Part shown: positions 1 to 10,030 of the stretch, piece after piece
Position numbering within the stretch: position 1 is the stretch's first letter
Layout of the letters: every line of letters begins with the position of its first letter
Source: Kolteria novifilia
GTDB lineage: Bacteria > Planctomycetota > Planctomycetia > Kolteriales > Kolteriaceae
DNA: 64,000 nt
Direction: 5' to 3' (one strand)
NCBI RefSeq assembly: GCF_007748055.1
Contig: NZ_CP036279.1
Position numbers and translations under genes: made by a program
The notes under the pieces: model-generated
Seen by the model: only the letters and a program-made list of their open reading frames with translations
Told to the model about the DNA's origin: nothing
Database searches by the model: none

Positions 1-934
1 CCCCCGCGTGACAATCGAAGCAGTGCGTTTTGAGCAGTGGGTAGACATCGTCCTTGAAGCTGACCTCGGGACCGAGATCGCGCGGTTGGGCCGCCATGAC
101 CGGACGAGCGCCGAGGACGACATCGCTCCAACTCGTTCCCAGGGCGAGATCGGCGATCTCGATGCGGTCGGTCGGTTCGGTCTTCAAGCCGGTGGCGAAG
201 CCGACCCAATCGATCAGGTTGGGCCCACGCGGGCTCTTCGCGGTGGCGTCGGGAGAGGACGCCTGATCCGGTTTGGGGTCGACCCACATGGAGAAGCGAT
301 CGTAGCTCCCTCGGGGGCCGCCGCGGCTCTTCCAGAGCCGACCGACAATCGTGTACCAGCGATCTCCCTCCAGTTCGACCGGCGTCCACGCGGTGTGCTG
401 ACTGGAGATCCGAACCATGAACATGGTCTGCTTGTGCTTGGGGGCTCCGGCGGTGTGAACGCCGATATTCGGAACCGCCGCGTTGTGGTGCGCGCCGTCG
501 CTGCCATCGATATCATCGAGCCACATCACGAAGAACTCGCCGTCGGTGCCGGAGTCGATCGACGCGGCGTCATAGCGGAGCCGAAAGCGGAGGAAGAGTT
601 CGTCCGCGGTGACGGGATGTTCGAGGCGGCGCCGGAGTGGGTTGTTGCGTTTGGCCGTCCCACGGATTTGGACGATCCCGCCGCGATCACCCGAGGGGTC
701 GCCAGCCTCCCCGACGACCATCGCCCCGGCGTGTCGGGAGGTCTTCCACGGGGTCTTCCAGCCATCCCCCGTGTCTCGGCTTCGTAGGTTCCCTTCCGGA
801 TACCCGAAGCGATCGAACGCGATCGTGCCGGAAGAGGGATTCGTCGCGCCGGCTTCCGCGCCGAGGGAGACTCCGCCCGCTAGGGCCGCGAGTGCGAGGG
901 TGAAGCAAAGGCTGTGGCGAGTTGTCCGAGTCAT
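1..934 (-). CDS. Partial secreted protein: signal peptide, jellyroll (LamG-like) domain, then PSCyt1 planctomycete cytochrome c domain; C-terminus lies beyond the left edge
   Basis: Minus-strand ATG at 934..932. The frame stays open to position 1, which I checked codon by codon; it is the mirror of + ORF 8..787, so it is missing from the ORF track. Translation: MTRTTRHSLCFTLALAALAGGVSLGAEA (signal peptide) ... DDVYPLLKTHCFDCHAG, i.e. a CxxCH heme motif near the window edge. The N-terminal domain is homologous to the C-terminal domain of the upstream anti-sigma factor. Confidence 0.75.
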   Translation of the reverse strand, partial: MTRTTRHSLCFTLALAALAGGVSLGAEAGATNPSSGTIAFDRFGYPEGNLRSRDTGDGWKTPWKTSRHAGAMVVGEAGDPSGDRGGIVQIRGTAKRNNPLRRRLEHPVTADELFLRFRLRYDAASIDSGTDGEFFVMWLDDIDGSDGAHHNAAVPNIGVHTAGAPKHKQTMFMVRISSQHTAWTPVELEGDRWYTIVGRLWKSRGGPRGSYDRFSMWVDPKPDQASSPDATAKSPRGPNLIDWVGFATGLKTEPTDRIEIADLALGTSWSDVVLGARPVMAAQPRDLGPEVSFKDDVYPLLKTHCFDCHAG

Positions 935-1110
935 GAATCGTCCAGCGTTGTTGGTGGTCATTGGTCTTGGGTTGGCCGTTTGGTCGAGCCGTCGTCGCCT
1001 CTCACAATCGTCGCGACCCGAGTCTCCTTTTCTTCTCGGCGTCTGAGGGAGCGTCGCATCCCTCACGCCCACGCGAGCGAGTCCCGCATGCACCCGGCAT
1101 CTCTTTCTCA

Positions 1111-2802
1111 TCACGGCTTGCCGGGTTGTCCTTGCTCCGATGAATCGGTCGACGAAGTCACCGACTCGAAGGTCGGCCCAATGCGAAGTCGATCGATCAA
1201 CAGCCGATCGTGCGGCTCGGTATGCTGCCCCATGCGAAAGCCGAGGAAGGTCGACTTCGGGACTCCCTTGGCATCTTCTCGGCGAATGACTTCGACATCG
1301 GCGGGTTGGCGATCTCCCGGACGAGGGTTCATCCAAAGCTCGAGTCGGTCGGGCTCACCGTCGCGCGATCGCCGCAGGGCCGCGACAAACCAATAGGTCG
1401 CCCCATCCTGGGCTCGCTCTTGAACCACTTCGTGTCCGTGGTGTAGTCGAGCGAAGATCCAGCCGAAGCGAATGCCGACGTTGGGGGCGCGACTGTGACT
1501 CGAATCCATCGTGGCGGCATCGTCGAGCCAGAACGAGAAGAAGTCGTCCCGGTCGAGCCCGTCGTAGCGAGCAAGAAAACTGATGTAGAGGTCGTCGTCG
1601 CCAACCGTCGGCAGTTTGCGAACGATGCGGTTCGCGATCGACGGATAGGCCGGATCCCGGCCGTGCAGCGCCACCGCGGTTTGTCCGGCCGTTTCTCCCG
1701 GCAGCGTCAGCCCTGGGGCGACGACTTCGGCGAAGGGAACGTCGGCGCGCCAAGCGTGGTCGCCAAACCCTTCGCCCCCGTGGCTGCCGTCGAAGTCTCC
1801 CACTTGGTAGTCGAAGTCATCGGCAATGAGCTTCGGTGGAGCCGCCACCCGCGCATCCGTCTCCGCGAGGGCATCGGTCGATTCGTCGAGTTTTCCCGGG
1901 CGGGTGACAAGCGTCCCTTTCCGGACGGCCGCGATTTGTTCCAAGGTCGGCAGATCGCCAAAAACGTTACTCGCGGCGGCAAACCGGGCATCAACCGCAA
2001 AGTCGCGCGGAAACCGACCCGCTTGCTGGGCGGTCAGTCGCGTCTGGCCAGGCTCCCGCGTGGACCGGACGTCGGCGACGCCATCAAAGACGTGAACATC
2101 GGTCTCGCCGGCGGCATCGACCACCAGGCCGACCTGCCTCAAGTTCCCGACGATGTTGGTGCTCGGGGTGACGACTTCTATCGGATCGGCGGATTCGGGG
2201 ATCCGGGCGTGAATGTTGCCCGCGTGCAGCGCGATCTTACGGGGCGAGGACAACTCGAGCCGACAGGGCCCTTGCAGCGTCATCGCCACGCCGTTGTCGA
2301 ACGCGAGCCGAGCCGTGCCACTTTCGAGCGCGACGGTCTCGCCCTGGCGGAAGCGATCGCCGTAGGAGGGGACGTTTCCGTCCGGCCATGTCGCGTCCTC
2401 GGTGTCAACCAGCGACGCGATGAGCCTTGACGGCTCGGGGCCCGCCGGTTGCCGGTTCGCTCCACGCCACGGCGACCATAGGACGATGGTGAGAAGCAGG
2501 ATGGCGGCGGCGACGAACGTAGTCATCGTCGCGAGGCGTCGCTTCGAATGCCGCGTTGCCGGTTCCGTGGCACTCGCGGGGGAGAGGGTATCGGCAAGTG
2601 CCGACATCTCGGGCGACTCCTCGACGTAGAGTTCGCTGGAGAGCATCGCCTCCAAGTTGACGTGGTAGACGTACTCGCGAATCAACTCGGGATCGCGTCT
2701 CAGGTGTGCGGCGAGTCGTTCCTCGTCCTCGCCACGAAGTGACCCCTCCACGGCGTGGCGAAGCAGGGTCTCCCAATCTCGTCTCGCGTCGGAGTCGCTC
2801 AT
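1111..2802 (-). CDS. FecR-like anti-sigma factor with one TM helix and a C-terminal LamG-like jellyroll domain
   Basis: The ORF is 1111..3141; the plausible start is M114 (MSDSDARRDWETLL), which overlaps the sigma stop as ATGA. TM segment FVAAAILLLTIVLW. FecR-domain sequence: GETVALESGTARLAFDNGVAMTLQGPCRLELSS. Confidence 0.8.
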   Translation of the reverse strand: MSDSDARRDWETLLRHAVEGSLRGEDEERLAAHLRRDPELIREYVYHVNLEAMLSSELYVEESPEMSALADTLSPASATEPATRHSKRRLATMTTFVAAAILLLTIVLWSPWRGANRQPAGPEPSRLIASLVDTEDATWPDGNVPSYGDRFRQGETVALESGTARLAFDNGVAMTLQGPCRLELSSPRKIALHAGNIHARIPESADPIEVVTPSTNIVGNLRQVGLVVDAAGETDVHVFDGVADVRSTREPGQTRLTAQQAGRFPRDFAVDARFAAASNVFGDLPTLEQIAAVRKGTLVTRPGKLDESTDALAETDARVAAPPKLIADDFDYQVGDFDGSHGGEGFGDHAWRADVPFAEVVAPGLTLPGETAGQTAVALHGRDPAYPSIANRIVRKLPTVGDDDLYISFLARYDGLDRDDFFSFWLDDAATMDSSHSRAPNVGIRFGWIFARLHHGHEVVQERAQDGATYWFVAALRRSRDGEPDRLELWMNPRPGDRQPADVEVIRREDAKGVPKSTFLGFRMGQHTEPHDRLLIDRLRIGPTFESVTSSTDSSEQGQPGKP

Positions 2803-3341
2803 GTGTTTTCTCCCGTCGCGAGTCGGTGTTCGATGCACTCGAGCAGGCTCTTGCGGATTCGGTAGAGCGACATCGAGATCGCGTCGGCCGATCGTCCCAT
2901 GAGCTCCGCGATGCCGCTGACGGAGATGCCTCGGCTGTAGCGATGGTTGAGCAGGTCGCGGTGGTGGCCGGAGAGCTTCTCGATGCAGTCGCGTAGGGCC
3001 TTCGTGCGTCGTTCGGCCTGTTCGGCTTGTGCGACCGCTTCGTCGGCGATCGCCCCGACCAGATCGTCCTCGAATGGGACTTTCGCTTTGCCTCGTTCCT
3101 TCTTGAGGAAGGCCAGCGCCTGCAGATGGGCGATGCGGCAAGCCCAGGCCTTGAACGGTCGCTCGGGATCGTATTCCTCCCGTTTGCGCCAGAGCACCAT
3201 GTTGGTCTCTTGGACGATGTCGTCGACATCGCTCGGCCGGCGCACGATCGCGTGGACGATGCCTCGCAGCGCCGGTTGGGCGCTGACCAACTGCGCGAGG
3301 TAGCGTTCGTCACCGCGCTCGGAATGGTTCGTTTCGTGCAT
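2799..3341 (-). CDS. ECF (sigma-70 family, group 4) RNA polymerase sigma factor
   Basis: 180 aa with sigma-70 region 2 (DIVQETNMVLWRKREEYDPERPFKAWACRIAH) and region 4 (ISVSGIAELMGRSADAISMSLYRIRKSL). The stop overlaps the anti-sigma start by 4 bp. Confidence 0.85.
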   Translation of the reverse strand: MHETNHSERGDERYLAQLVSAQPALRGIVHAIVRRPSDVDDIVQETNMVLWRKREEYDPERPFKAWACRIAHLQALAFLKKERGKAKVPFEDDLVGAIADEAVAQAEQAERRTKALRDCIEKLSGHHRDLLNHRYSRGISVSGIAELMGRSADAISMSLYRIRKSLLECIEHRLATGENT

Positions 3342-3792
3342 GCGTTGGCTCGTGGTGCGAGTCGTGATGGTCGATCGAAAGCGATGCGGGGCGCTGGAGG
3401 TATTCGACCGACTCTACAAGAGGTTTGCCGAACTGGTTGAATCTAACGCGAAAATGCGAGAAATCGTTGAGAATCGGGGGAAGAGTGAGGGTCTTGGGGG
3501 CAAAAGGCGGCGATTTTCGCTGAGATCGCGCCGCGAATGGACAGTGTTCGGGCCGCGAGCGTCGCAAGAGGATCGTGGCGTCGATTAGGCGTCCGCGATG
3601 TCGGCGCTGGCGCCCCGATCGTATGCTCGGCGACGGTCCGATCAGGCGTGAACCGTTTGTGACTGAAATGGAAAGGAAGCCGGCGGGCGAGAAAGGAGTG
3701 TCAGCTCACGCCGGGCGGGGCGATACGCAAGACTTTCGTTCGCCTTTGATTCGCTGCCTCAAAGCATTCTGGGGAATGCCAGACTCGGCAAG

Positions 3793-3879
<87 letters not shown>

Positions 3880-4324
3880 GGACGTCTCGCTGAGAAGGAG
3901 ACGTTCGCAGCAACCTATTCTGGGGAAGGGGACCTATAGGGTCAAGAATGGGAACCGCACGAGATTGGTTCTCTCGGATCGAAAAGGTCTCATTGGACGG
4001 TCTGGCACGACTTCAACGACGTGGAGAAGTCGGCACGACGGGAGTGCCTCGAGGCGCGATGGGAAGAGAATTCCAGGCGTAGACCCGAGAAAAGACTCGA
4101 TCGTCCCCCGCGCCGAGTCTCGATTCGACGGCCGAGTGGAGCAGATGTTGAATTGCCGCCTGTGGACTGTTAGCATCAGGGAAAGCTCGGGAATTTCAGG
4201 GTGGCGAGTCGGGAGCGGTGCGCCGTTGCGCGGGAGCGTCCGCCAACTCGAAGTGACCCGACCTGCCTGCGGCATTCCTCAACGATTTCACAGCGCATTG
4301 AATCTTCGACACTGAGGTAAGCAC

Positions 4325-5701
4325 ATGTATCGCTTCATGGGACGTGGTGAGGCCGTTACCTGTTCCGGCGTCACGAGACGCGACTTTCTCCAGGTCGGCA
4401 TGCTGGGTTCGATCGGGCTGACGCTGCCTCAGTTTCTCGCGATGGAGGCCCAGGGCGCTGTCGCCAAGCCGGACGATGAGCGTTCGGCGATCATGATCTT
4501 CAACCTCGGCGCTCCCAGCCACCTCGACACGTGGGACATGAAGCCTGAAGCCCCCGAAGAGGTTCGCGGGCCCTTCAAGCCGATCGACACGTCGGCCTCG
4601 GCCTACCAAGTCAGCGAGATTCTCCCGCGAATGGCGAAGATCGCCGACAAAGTTTCCCTGGTTCGCTCCTGCTACCACACGGCTCCCGCGGTGCACGACA
4701 CCGGGCACCAGATGATGCAAACCGGGCGGCTCTTCTCCGGAGGGATCAATTCGCCGCACGTCGGCTGCGTGCTCGATTTTCTCTACGGGCCGAGGACTGA
4801 TCTCCCGACGCACATCGTGCTCCCCGAGCCGATGGGGCGCACGGGCGGCAATCTGCCGCATGGGCAAGATGCGGGTTTCCTGGGCAAAAGGCACGATCCG
4901 TTCGCGTTGATGTCCGATCCGTCGAAGCCGAACTTCCAGGTTCCCGACCTTTTGCCACCCAAGGAGATCGGGGACGTTCGGCTCAAGCGGCGTCGCAAGC
5001 TGCGTCAAGTCGTTGACGAAACGGTCCGCAATTTCGAGACCAGCGAAGAAGCGAAGCTGATGGATAGCAACTTTGCGTCGGCCTACCGCTTGATGACGTC
5101 CGAGCGGGCCCGCGCCGCGTTCGACCTCGCGCAGGAGCCTGAGTCGGTTCGGGATCGCTACGGCCGCAATCGATTCGGGCAGTGTTGCCTCCTCTCGCGC
5201 CGGCTCGTCGAGGCGGGCGTTCGCTTTGTCACCGTCAACACCTTCCTGACCGTCTTCAACGAGATCACGTGGGACATCCACGGATCGGCTCCCTTCACCT
5301 CGATCGAGGGGATGAAGGAGCAAGTCGCCCCGATGTACGATCAGGGTTATTCGGCGCTCATCGAGGACCTCTCGGAACGGGGTTTGCTCGAAAAGACGAT
5401 GGTGGCGTCCCTGGCGGAGTTCGGCCGAACTCCGAAGATCAATCCCGCCGGGGGACGTGACCATTGGCCTCAGTGTTGGACCGTCTCGTTCGCGGGCGGC
5501 GGCATCCAAGGGGGACGCGTTGTTGGCAAGTCCGACGAAATCGGCGGCTACCCCGTGGAACGACCCGTCGAGCCGGCGGAAGTCGTCGCGACCGTCTTCA
5601 AGAGCCTGGGCGTTGATCTCGAGACCCTGCTCCCCGGTCCCCAAGCCAGGCCATTTCCCGTCGTTGACTACGGCGTCCACGCCATCAACGAACTCTTTTG
5701 A
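4325..5701 (+). CDS. DUF1501 family protein (sulfatase-like, Tat signal)
   Basis: 458 aa with a twin-arginine motif (TRRDFLQVG). It shows the typical DUF1501 blocks (IMIFNLGAPSHLDTWD, GGRDHWP). The antisense 745-aa ORF 4196..6433 is an artefact. Confidence 0.9.
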   Translation: MYRFMGRGEAVTCSGVTRRDFLQVGMLGSIGLTLPQFLAMEAQGAVAKPDDERSAIMIFNLGAPSHLDTWDMKPEAPEEVRGPFKPIDTSASAYQVSEILPRMAKIADKVSLVRSCYHTAPAVHDTGHQMMQTGRLFSGGINSPHVGCVLDFLYGPRTDLPTHIVLPEPMGRTGGNLPHGQDAGFLGKRHDPFALMSDPSKPNFQVPDLLPPKEIGDVRLKRRRKLRQVVDETVRNFETSEEAKLMDSNFASAYRLMTSERARAAFDLAQEPESVRDRYGRNRFGQCCLLSRRLVEAGVRFVTVNTFLTVFNEITWDIHGSAPFTSIEGMKEQVAPMYDQGYSALIEDLSERGLLEKTMVASLAEFGRTPKINPAGGRDHWPQCWTVSFAGGGIQGGRVVGKSDEIGGYPVERPVEPAEVVATVFKSLGVDLETLLPGPQARPFPVVDYGVHAINELF

Positions 5702-5848
5702 GTACCCGTGGAATCGCTCCCACCCGCAAGGGTCGGTGGGGAACAAACGGGCCGCATGTCTCTTTAGGCCCCGTTCTCGATCGACCGGCGCGAGATCGCT
5801 CCGGGGATGGGACGGCGATCGCATGTCATGTCGGAGAATTGAACGTCG

Positions 5849-7234
5849 ATGAGCCAAGCGGGCCGAGTCGGTAACGGAGAGGCTGTCGTTCTTGTTGCCG
5901 ATGACGACGCCGTGACAAGGCGCTTGCTCTGTCGACACCTTGAGGCGGCAGGCTACCAGGTCATCGAGGCCGCCGACGGCGCCGAGGCGACCGCCCATTT
6001 GACCACCGATCTCGCGGTCGCCCTCATCGATCTTCAGATGCCCAGGGTTTCGGGGCTCGACTGTCTCCGCCACGCGCAACGCCACTGTCCCGATCTCCCC
6101 GTCCTCGTCATTTCCCAGTTCAGCGAGGTTCGCGACGCGGTGGCGGCGATGAAGGAAGGAGCCTTCGACTACGTCACCAAGCCGGTCGATCCCGAGGAAC
6201 TCCTGGTGCATGTCGCTCAAGCGCGCCGTTCGGCGAGGCTCACGCAGGAGAACCGCCAACTCAAGGAAGTCGTCGGTGGGTCGATGCCGGCGGAGATCAT
6301 CGGCGGCGACTCGGCCGCGTCCCGAACGCTCTTCGAACAGATCGAGAAAATCGTCCCCATCGACGCGACGGTCCTGATCACGGGCGAGAGTGGGACCGGA
6401 AAGACGACCATCGCCCGTTTCATCCATCAGCATGGCCCGCGAGGATCACAGCCCTTCGTGGTGGTCAACTGTGGAGCGTTGCCACGGGAACTGATCGAGG
6501 CGGAACTCTTCGGCCACGTCCGCGGGGCCTTCACCGGAGCGGTCGCCGATCGACCCGGACGGGCCGACATGGCCGATGGCGGCACGCTCTTTCTCGACGA
6601 GATTGGCGATCTGCCGCTCGAATTGCAGCCGAAACTGCTGGCTTTTCTCCAGGATCGGATCGTCGAGCCGATTGGAGGAGGCAAACGGCGCAAGGTCGAT
6701 GTTCGGGTGATCGCCGCGACCCATCAAGATCTCGAATCGAAAGTCGCCGCGGGTGCGTTTCGGCAGGATCTCTATTTCAGGCTCAATGTGTTGCCGATCA
6801 CTGTTCCGCCGCTCCGAGAAAGACCTGAAGACGTGCCTCTCTTATGCGATCATATCCTGCGTCGCATCGCCGGGAAGCGGGGACAGGATCCGTTCGTTCT
6901 TCGCGAGGGAGCGAGGGAAAAGCTGGTCCAGCATCGTTGGCCCGGGAACGTGCGCGAACTTGAAAACGTCCTGGAGCGAGCGACGGCGTTCGCGACCGAC
7001 CGGGAGATCGACGTCGACGACTTGGGCTTCGCGGCCGACGTCGTGTCAGCCCCGCCAGGGGAGGGAGGCCGTCTCGCGGGGCGAACACTGGAAGAGATCG
7101 AGCGACAAGCGATTGTCGAAACGCTCGAGTGGGCCGAGGGGAACAAAAAGCAGGCCGCTCGAACGCTCGGAATCGACGAGAAGAGCATCTACAACAAGAT
7201 GAAACGCTTGGGGATCTCTTGGAACCGAGGATGA
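5849..7234 (+). CDS. Sigma-54-dependent response regulator (NtrC family: receiver + AAA+ + Fis-type HTH)
   Basis: Receiver domain (VVLVADDDAVTRRLL ... ALIDLQMP). AAA+ motifs GESGTGKT, GAFTGA and ELFGH. C-terminal HTH QAARTLGIDEKSIYNKMKRLG. RBS GGAG lies 12 nt upstream of the start. Confidence 0.9.
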   Translation: MSQAGRVGNGEAVVLVADDDAVTRRLLCRHLEAAGYQVIEAADGAEATAHLTTDLAVALIDLQMPRVSGLDCLRHAQRHCPDLPVLVISQFSEVRDAVAAMKEGAFDYVTKPVDPEELLVHVAQARRSARLTQENRQLKEVVGGSMPAEIIGGDSAASRTLFEQIEKIVPIDATVLITGESGTGKTTIARFIHQHGPRGSQPFVVVNCGALPRELIEAELFGHVRGAFTGAVADRPGRADMADGGTLFLDEIGDLPLELQPKLLAFLQDRIVEPIGGGKRRKVDVRVIAATHQDLESKVAAGAFRQDLYFRLNVLPITVPPLRERPEDVPLLCDHILRRIAGKRGQDPFVLREGAREKLVQHRWPGNVRELENVLERATAFATDREIDVDDLGFAADVVSAPPGEGGRLAGRTLEEIERQAIVETLEWAEGNKKQAARTLGIDEKSIYNKMKRLGISWNRG

Positions 7235-8778
7235 GACCGAGGGCACGGGTTCGGCTCCGAAGCGAGCAGAGACACGGTGGCCGGCGCCTGCGAGGACTCG
7301 CGGCGGGACCAGTGCTCGTCGCATGGTGCGCGCTGCTTGCGCTGGGGACGAAAGCGCTTGGCCAAACCGCCGAGCCCGCGAAGCTTCCGGTCGACTTTCG
7401 GACGCGGGTTGAACCGATTCTCCAAGCGCATTGCGTCTCCTGTCATGGCCCGAGCGAAGCCAAGGGCGGACTCCGGCTCGATCGACGGGCCTACGCGGCG
7501 CGCGGGGGAGACTCCGGCAAGTCGTTGCTGAAGATGCCGCTTGACGAGAACGAGCTGATTCGCCGAGTCTCCGCGGCTGACCGGAACATCATCATGCCGC
7601 CCGAGGGGCCGAAGCTCTCCCAAGTGCAGATCGCGACGCTGGAGGCCTGGATCGCGGAAGGGGCGCCTTGGCCGACGTCGACAAGCGACGCGCCGCAGTC
7701 GATTCACGCCGACAAGGACAAGGGGTTCTGGAAGACTTTTGACGCGTTCGTGCCCTTTTTTGAGCACCATCTTCGGCTGCCGCTGGCGATCGTGCTCCCC
7801 TTTCTCATCCTCTACTGGATCGCCGTCCGGACCCGTCGTCGACAAAAGGCCACGACAAACGAAGCTCCCTCGTCGCTTTCCAGAACCATCGCGCACTTCG
7901 GTCCGTCGCATCTCTGGATCGTGGTGCTGTTGATGACGCTCCTGACAACGACGACTTATCTGGCCGAATTGCACGAGCGACTTGCGACCCAGGAGAAGAG
8001 GCTCAAGCAGCGCCGCCTCGCGACAAGCCCGACGGCCGAAGATGTCGTGGGCGACGAGGGGAAGCCGATTCGTCCTCATCACCCGAAACGTCTCGGCGGG
8101 ACGTACTATCGGGGCAACGACGAGCGCAACGAGAAACTCTTCAACAACGGCTTCTACCGAACCGCGACCTTTCACCTTTCGCTTCTCGATCAAGACAAGC
8201 GCAAGCTCGGCCTCGGAGACCGAATCGAACCGGGGCAGCGGCTCTTCGTTCGCGTGGAGATCGAGCGTTCGCCCTTCGCGACTCCGGCGCTCTTTTCCAA
8301 GGAGGTGATGGAGCAGGCCTATTTGACCGACTTGCCCGAGGGGACGGAGATCGCCGACGCGACGATCGCTCCGGTTCCGTTTCGCACGGCGGTCGAGGGT
8401 GAGCGTTGGTTGGCCGACTATCCGATCGACCTTCCCGCGTCGGGCGACGCCGACCCGCTAAAGGGGCTGATTCACGTTTACAAAGGCAACGCCGACACGC
8501 AGATCTCGGGGACGCATCATTACGGGGTTGAGTACGAACTGGTCGTCACCCAGGGGAAGCTCGACGCGGCGTCGGAACTCTGGATGGGACCGACGTACGT
8601 CACCGGGAACGTGATGATTCCGGTCCCTGGGAAGATGTCGATCGAGGAGTGGTTCGACTGGCGTCCCCTCCCCGAGATTCCCCACGAGCAGACGAAGGAT
8701 CCGAAGCTTCTGGGCGTTCCCGAGCACCTCGGCGCCGACTACGACCCCTCCGCGCAAGAGAAAAGCCCTCCCGAGTAG
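7231..8778 (+). CDS. Membrane protein with an N-terminal PSCyt1-type cytochrome c (CxxCH) domain, two TM helices and a C-terminal domain of unknown function
   Basis: The start chosen is M35 of ORF 7129..8778 (MRPRARV...), which overlaps the regulator stop as ATGA. Signal/TM segment VLVAWCALLALGTKALG. Heme motif ILQAHCVSCHGPSEAKGGLRLD. TM helices LPLAIVLPFLILYWIAV and HLWIVVLLMTLLTTTTYL. Confidence 0.7.
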   Translation: MRPRARVRLRSEQRHGGRRLRGLAAGPVLVAWCALLALGTKALGQTAEPAKLPVDFRTRVEPILQAHCVSCHGPSEAKGGLRLDRRAYAARGGDSGKSLLKMPLDENELIRRVSAADRNIIMPPEGPKLSQVQIATLEAWIAEGAPWPTSTSDAPQSIHADKDKGFWKTFDAFVPFFEHHLRLPLAIVLPFLILYWIAVRTRRRQKATTNEAPSSLSRTIAHFGPSHLWIVVLLMTLLTTTTYLAELHERLATQEKRLKQRRLATSPTAEDVVGDEGKPIRPHHPKRLGGTYYRGNDERNEKLFNNGFYRTATFHLSLLDQDKRKLGLGDRIEPGQRLFVRVEIERSPFATPALFSKEVMEQAYLTDLPEGTEIADATIAPVPFRTAVEGERWLADYPIDLPASGDADPLKGLIHVYKGNADTQISGTHHYGVEYELVVTQGKLDAASELWMGPTYVTGNVMIPVPGKMSIEEWFDWRPLPEIPHEQTKDPKLLGVPEHLGADYDPSAQEKSPPE

Positions 8779-8818
8779 GGGAGGGCTTGGTGGTTGTTCG
8801 AGGAAGAAGCTGGCAATC

Positions 8819-10030
8819 TTAGTCGATGTCGTCTTCGTTGATGGGGGCTTGCCGGTTGCTTGTACTCATTCGCCCACCATCGGGACTCATGATTTGTGCG
8901 AACACCGTTCCAGCAATGGAGTCGTTGATGAACCGCGTGGATCCATCGCAGAAAACGAAGTGAACTCCGCCCGGATGCAGGCTATTGGGATAGGGATGTT
9001 CGCCTTCATTGACTCCACTGGTGCTGCCGTTAATGCCACCTTCGATTCCAGTCGTGCCGCTATCTACGGGAGGCGCTAGAGATCCCTTGCTGTTGGCGGC
9101 AGTGATGTCCAGCGTTGAGTTGGCGGTACCACTAGACGTGACGTTGATCGCAATAGGGTTCACGAAGAATGATGTGACGTTGGGATGAGGACAGGCCCAA
9201 TTCTTGACAAAATTTGTCAGGCCATCGGGTCCTGTGTTGACGTTCTCGGACAGCATCACCGTTGTCGACGTACCATCCCTAACGGTGGACAGCGTGTGAC
9301 GGAAGTTTGCCTGAGGTGTCGACGTATCTTCACTCGTTGTGGAAAGAAACATCAGCCCTGATCGCTGCAAGTCTCGCATGGCTTCGATGCCACCTGCCAT
9401 TGAGGTGTCGAGTGTGCCAGCACCTGCTGCCGTGTGGTAGGGAGTTGGGTAGTTGTAGCCGCCGTTGACGACGTAGCTAAGGTTTCCTTCTCCAGCCAAT
9501 GCGCTAATGTCTTCCGGACAGACCAGAACCTTCATCGCATTGGAAGCAAGCTCGGCGTGGTGGACCGTTTGGGCGGAGGTTACCACGTTGTTATTGTAAG
9601 CACCGAGCCCCGCGGCCGCTGAAAAGTCCCATTGATCGAAAATGTCAGAACGATCAATGAACGGCAGAAGTGGTACTACCCACGAATACTTCATGCCTGT
9701 CGTTTGGGAGGACAGATCCTGTGCTGATCCACCGATGGTCGCGGCCGAAAGGTCCGAGGCGGCACCATTGGCGGTCCAGTTGCCCACACCACTCGGATTC
9801 CAATATCCACTCGGGGGGAACTTGTTGTTCTGCGAAACGAACGCGAGCATCGCGGTGCCGACGTTACGCATGTTGTTGAGACACTGAGCACGGCGGGCGG
9901 CGCGGCGGGCGCCCATGATGCCTGGCAGAATCAGCGAGGCCAAGATCCCGATGATGCTGATGACCACGAGTAGCTCGACGAGGGTGAACCCCCGGCGGCG
10001 TGCACGATGCAACTGACGATGCTGCTTCAT
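8819..10030 (-). CDS. DUF1559 / H-X9-DG protein with prepilin-type N-terminal cleavage/methylation motif (pseudopilin-like)
   Basis: Start at M36 of ORF 8819..10135 ([36 protein letters not shown]). C-terminal [16 protein letters not shown] matches the H-X9-DG motif. Confidence 0.85.
   Translation of the reverse strand: MKQHRQLHRARRRGFTLVELLVVISIIGILASLILPGIMGARRAARRAQCLNNMRNVGTAMLAFVSQNNKFPPSGYWNPSGVGNWTANGAASDLSAATIGGSAQDLSSQTTGMKYSWVVPLLPFIDRSDIFDQWDFSAAAGLGAYNNNVVTSAQTVHHAELASNAMKVLVCPEDISALAGEGNLSYVVNGGYNYPTPYHTAAGAGTLDTSMAGGIEAMRDLQRSGLMFLSTTSEDTSTPQANFRHTLSTVRDGTSTTVMLSENVNTGPDGLTNFVKNWACPHPNVTSFFVNPIAINVTSSGTANSTLDITAANSKGSLAPPVDSGTTGIEGGINGSTSGVNEGEHPYPNSLHPGGVHFVFCDGSTRFINDSIAGTVFAQIMSPDGGRMSTSNRQAPINEDDID

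Noticed and set aside
8-787. 259-aa + ORF at the left edge
   Set aside because: It shares codon phase with, and is antisense to, the signal-peptide / CxxCH PSCyt1 gene on the minus strand; no domain features.
1495-2430. 311-aa + ORF
   Set aside because: Antisense to the FecR-like anti-sigma gene.
4196-6433. 745-aa minus-strand ORF
   Set aside because: It is antisense to two well-supported genes (DUF1501 and the NtrC-like regulator). The sequence is Arg/Gly/Asp-rich low complexity typical of mirror frames in high-GC DNA, with no recognisable domain.
7189-8193. 334-aa minus ORF
   Set aside because: Antisense to the PSCyt1-TM protein gene.
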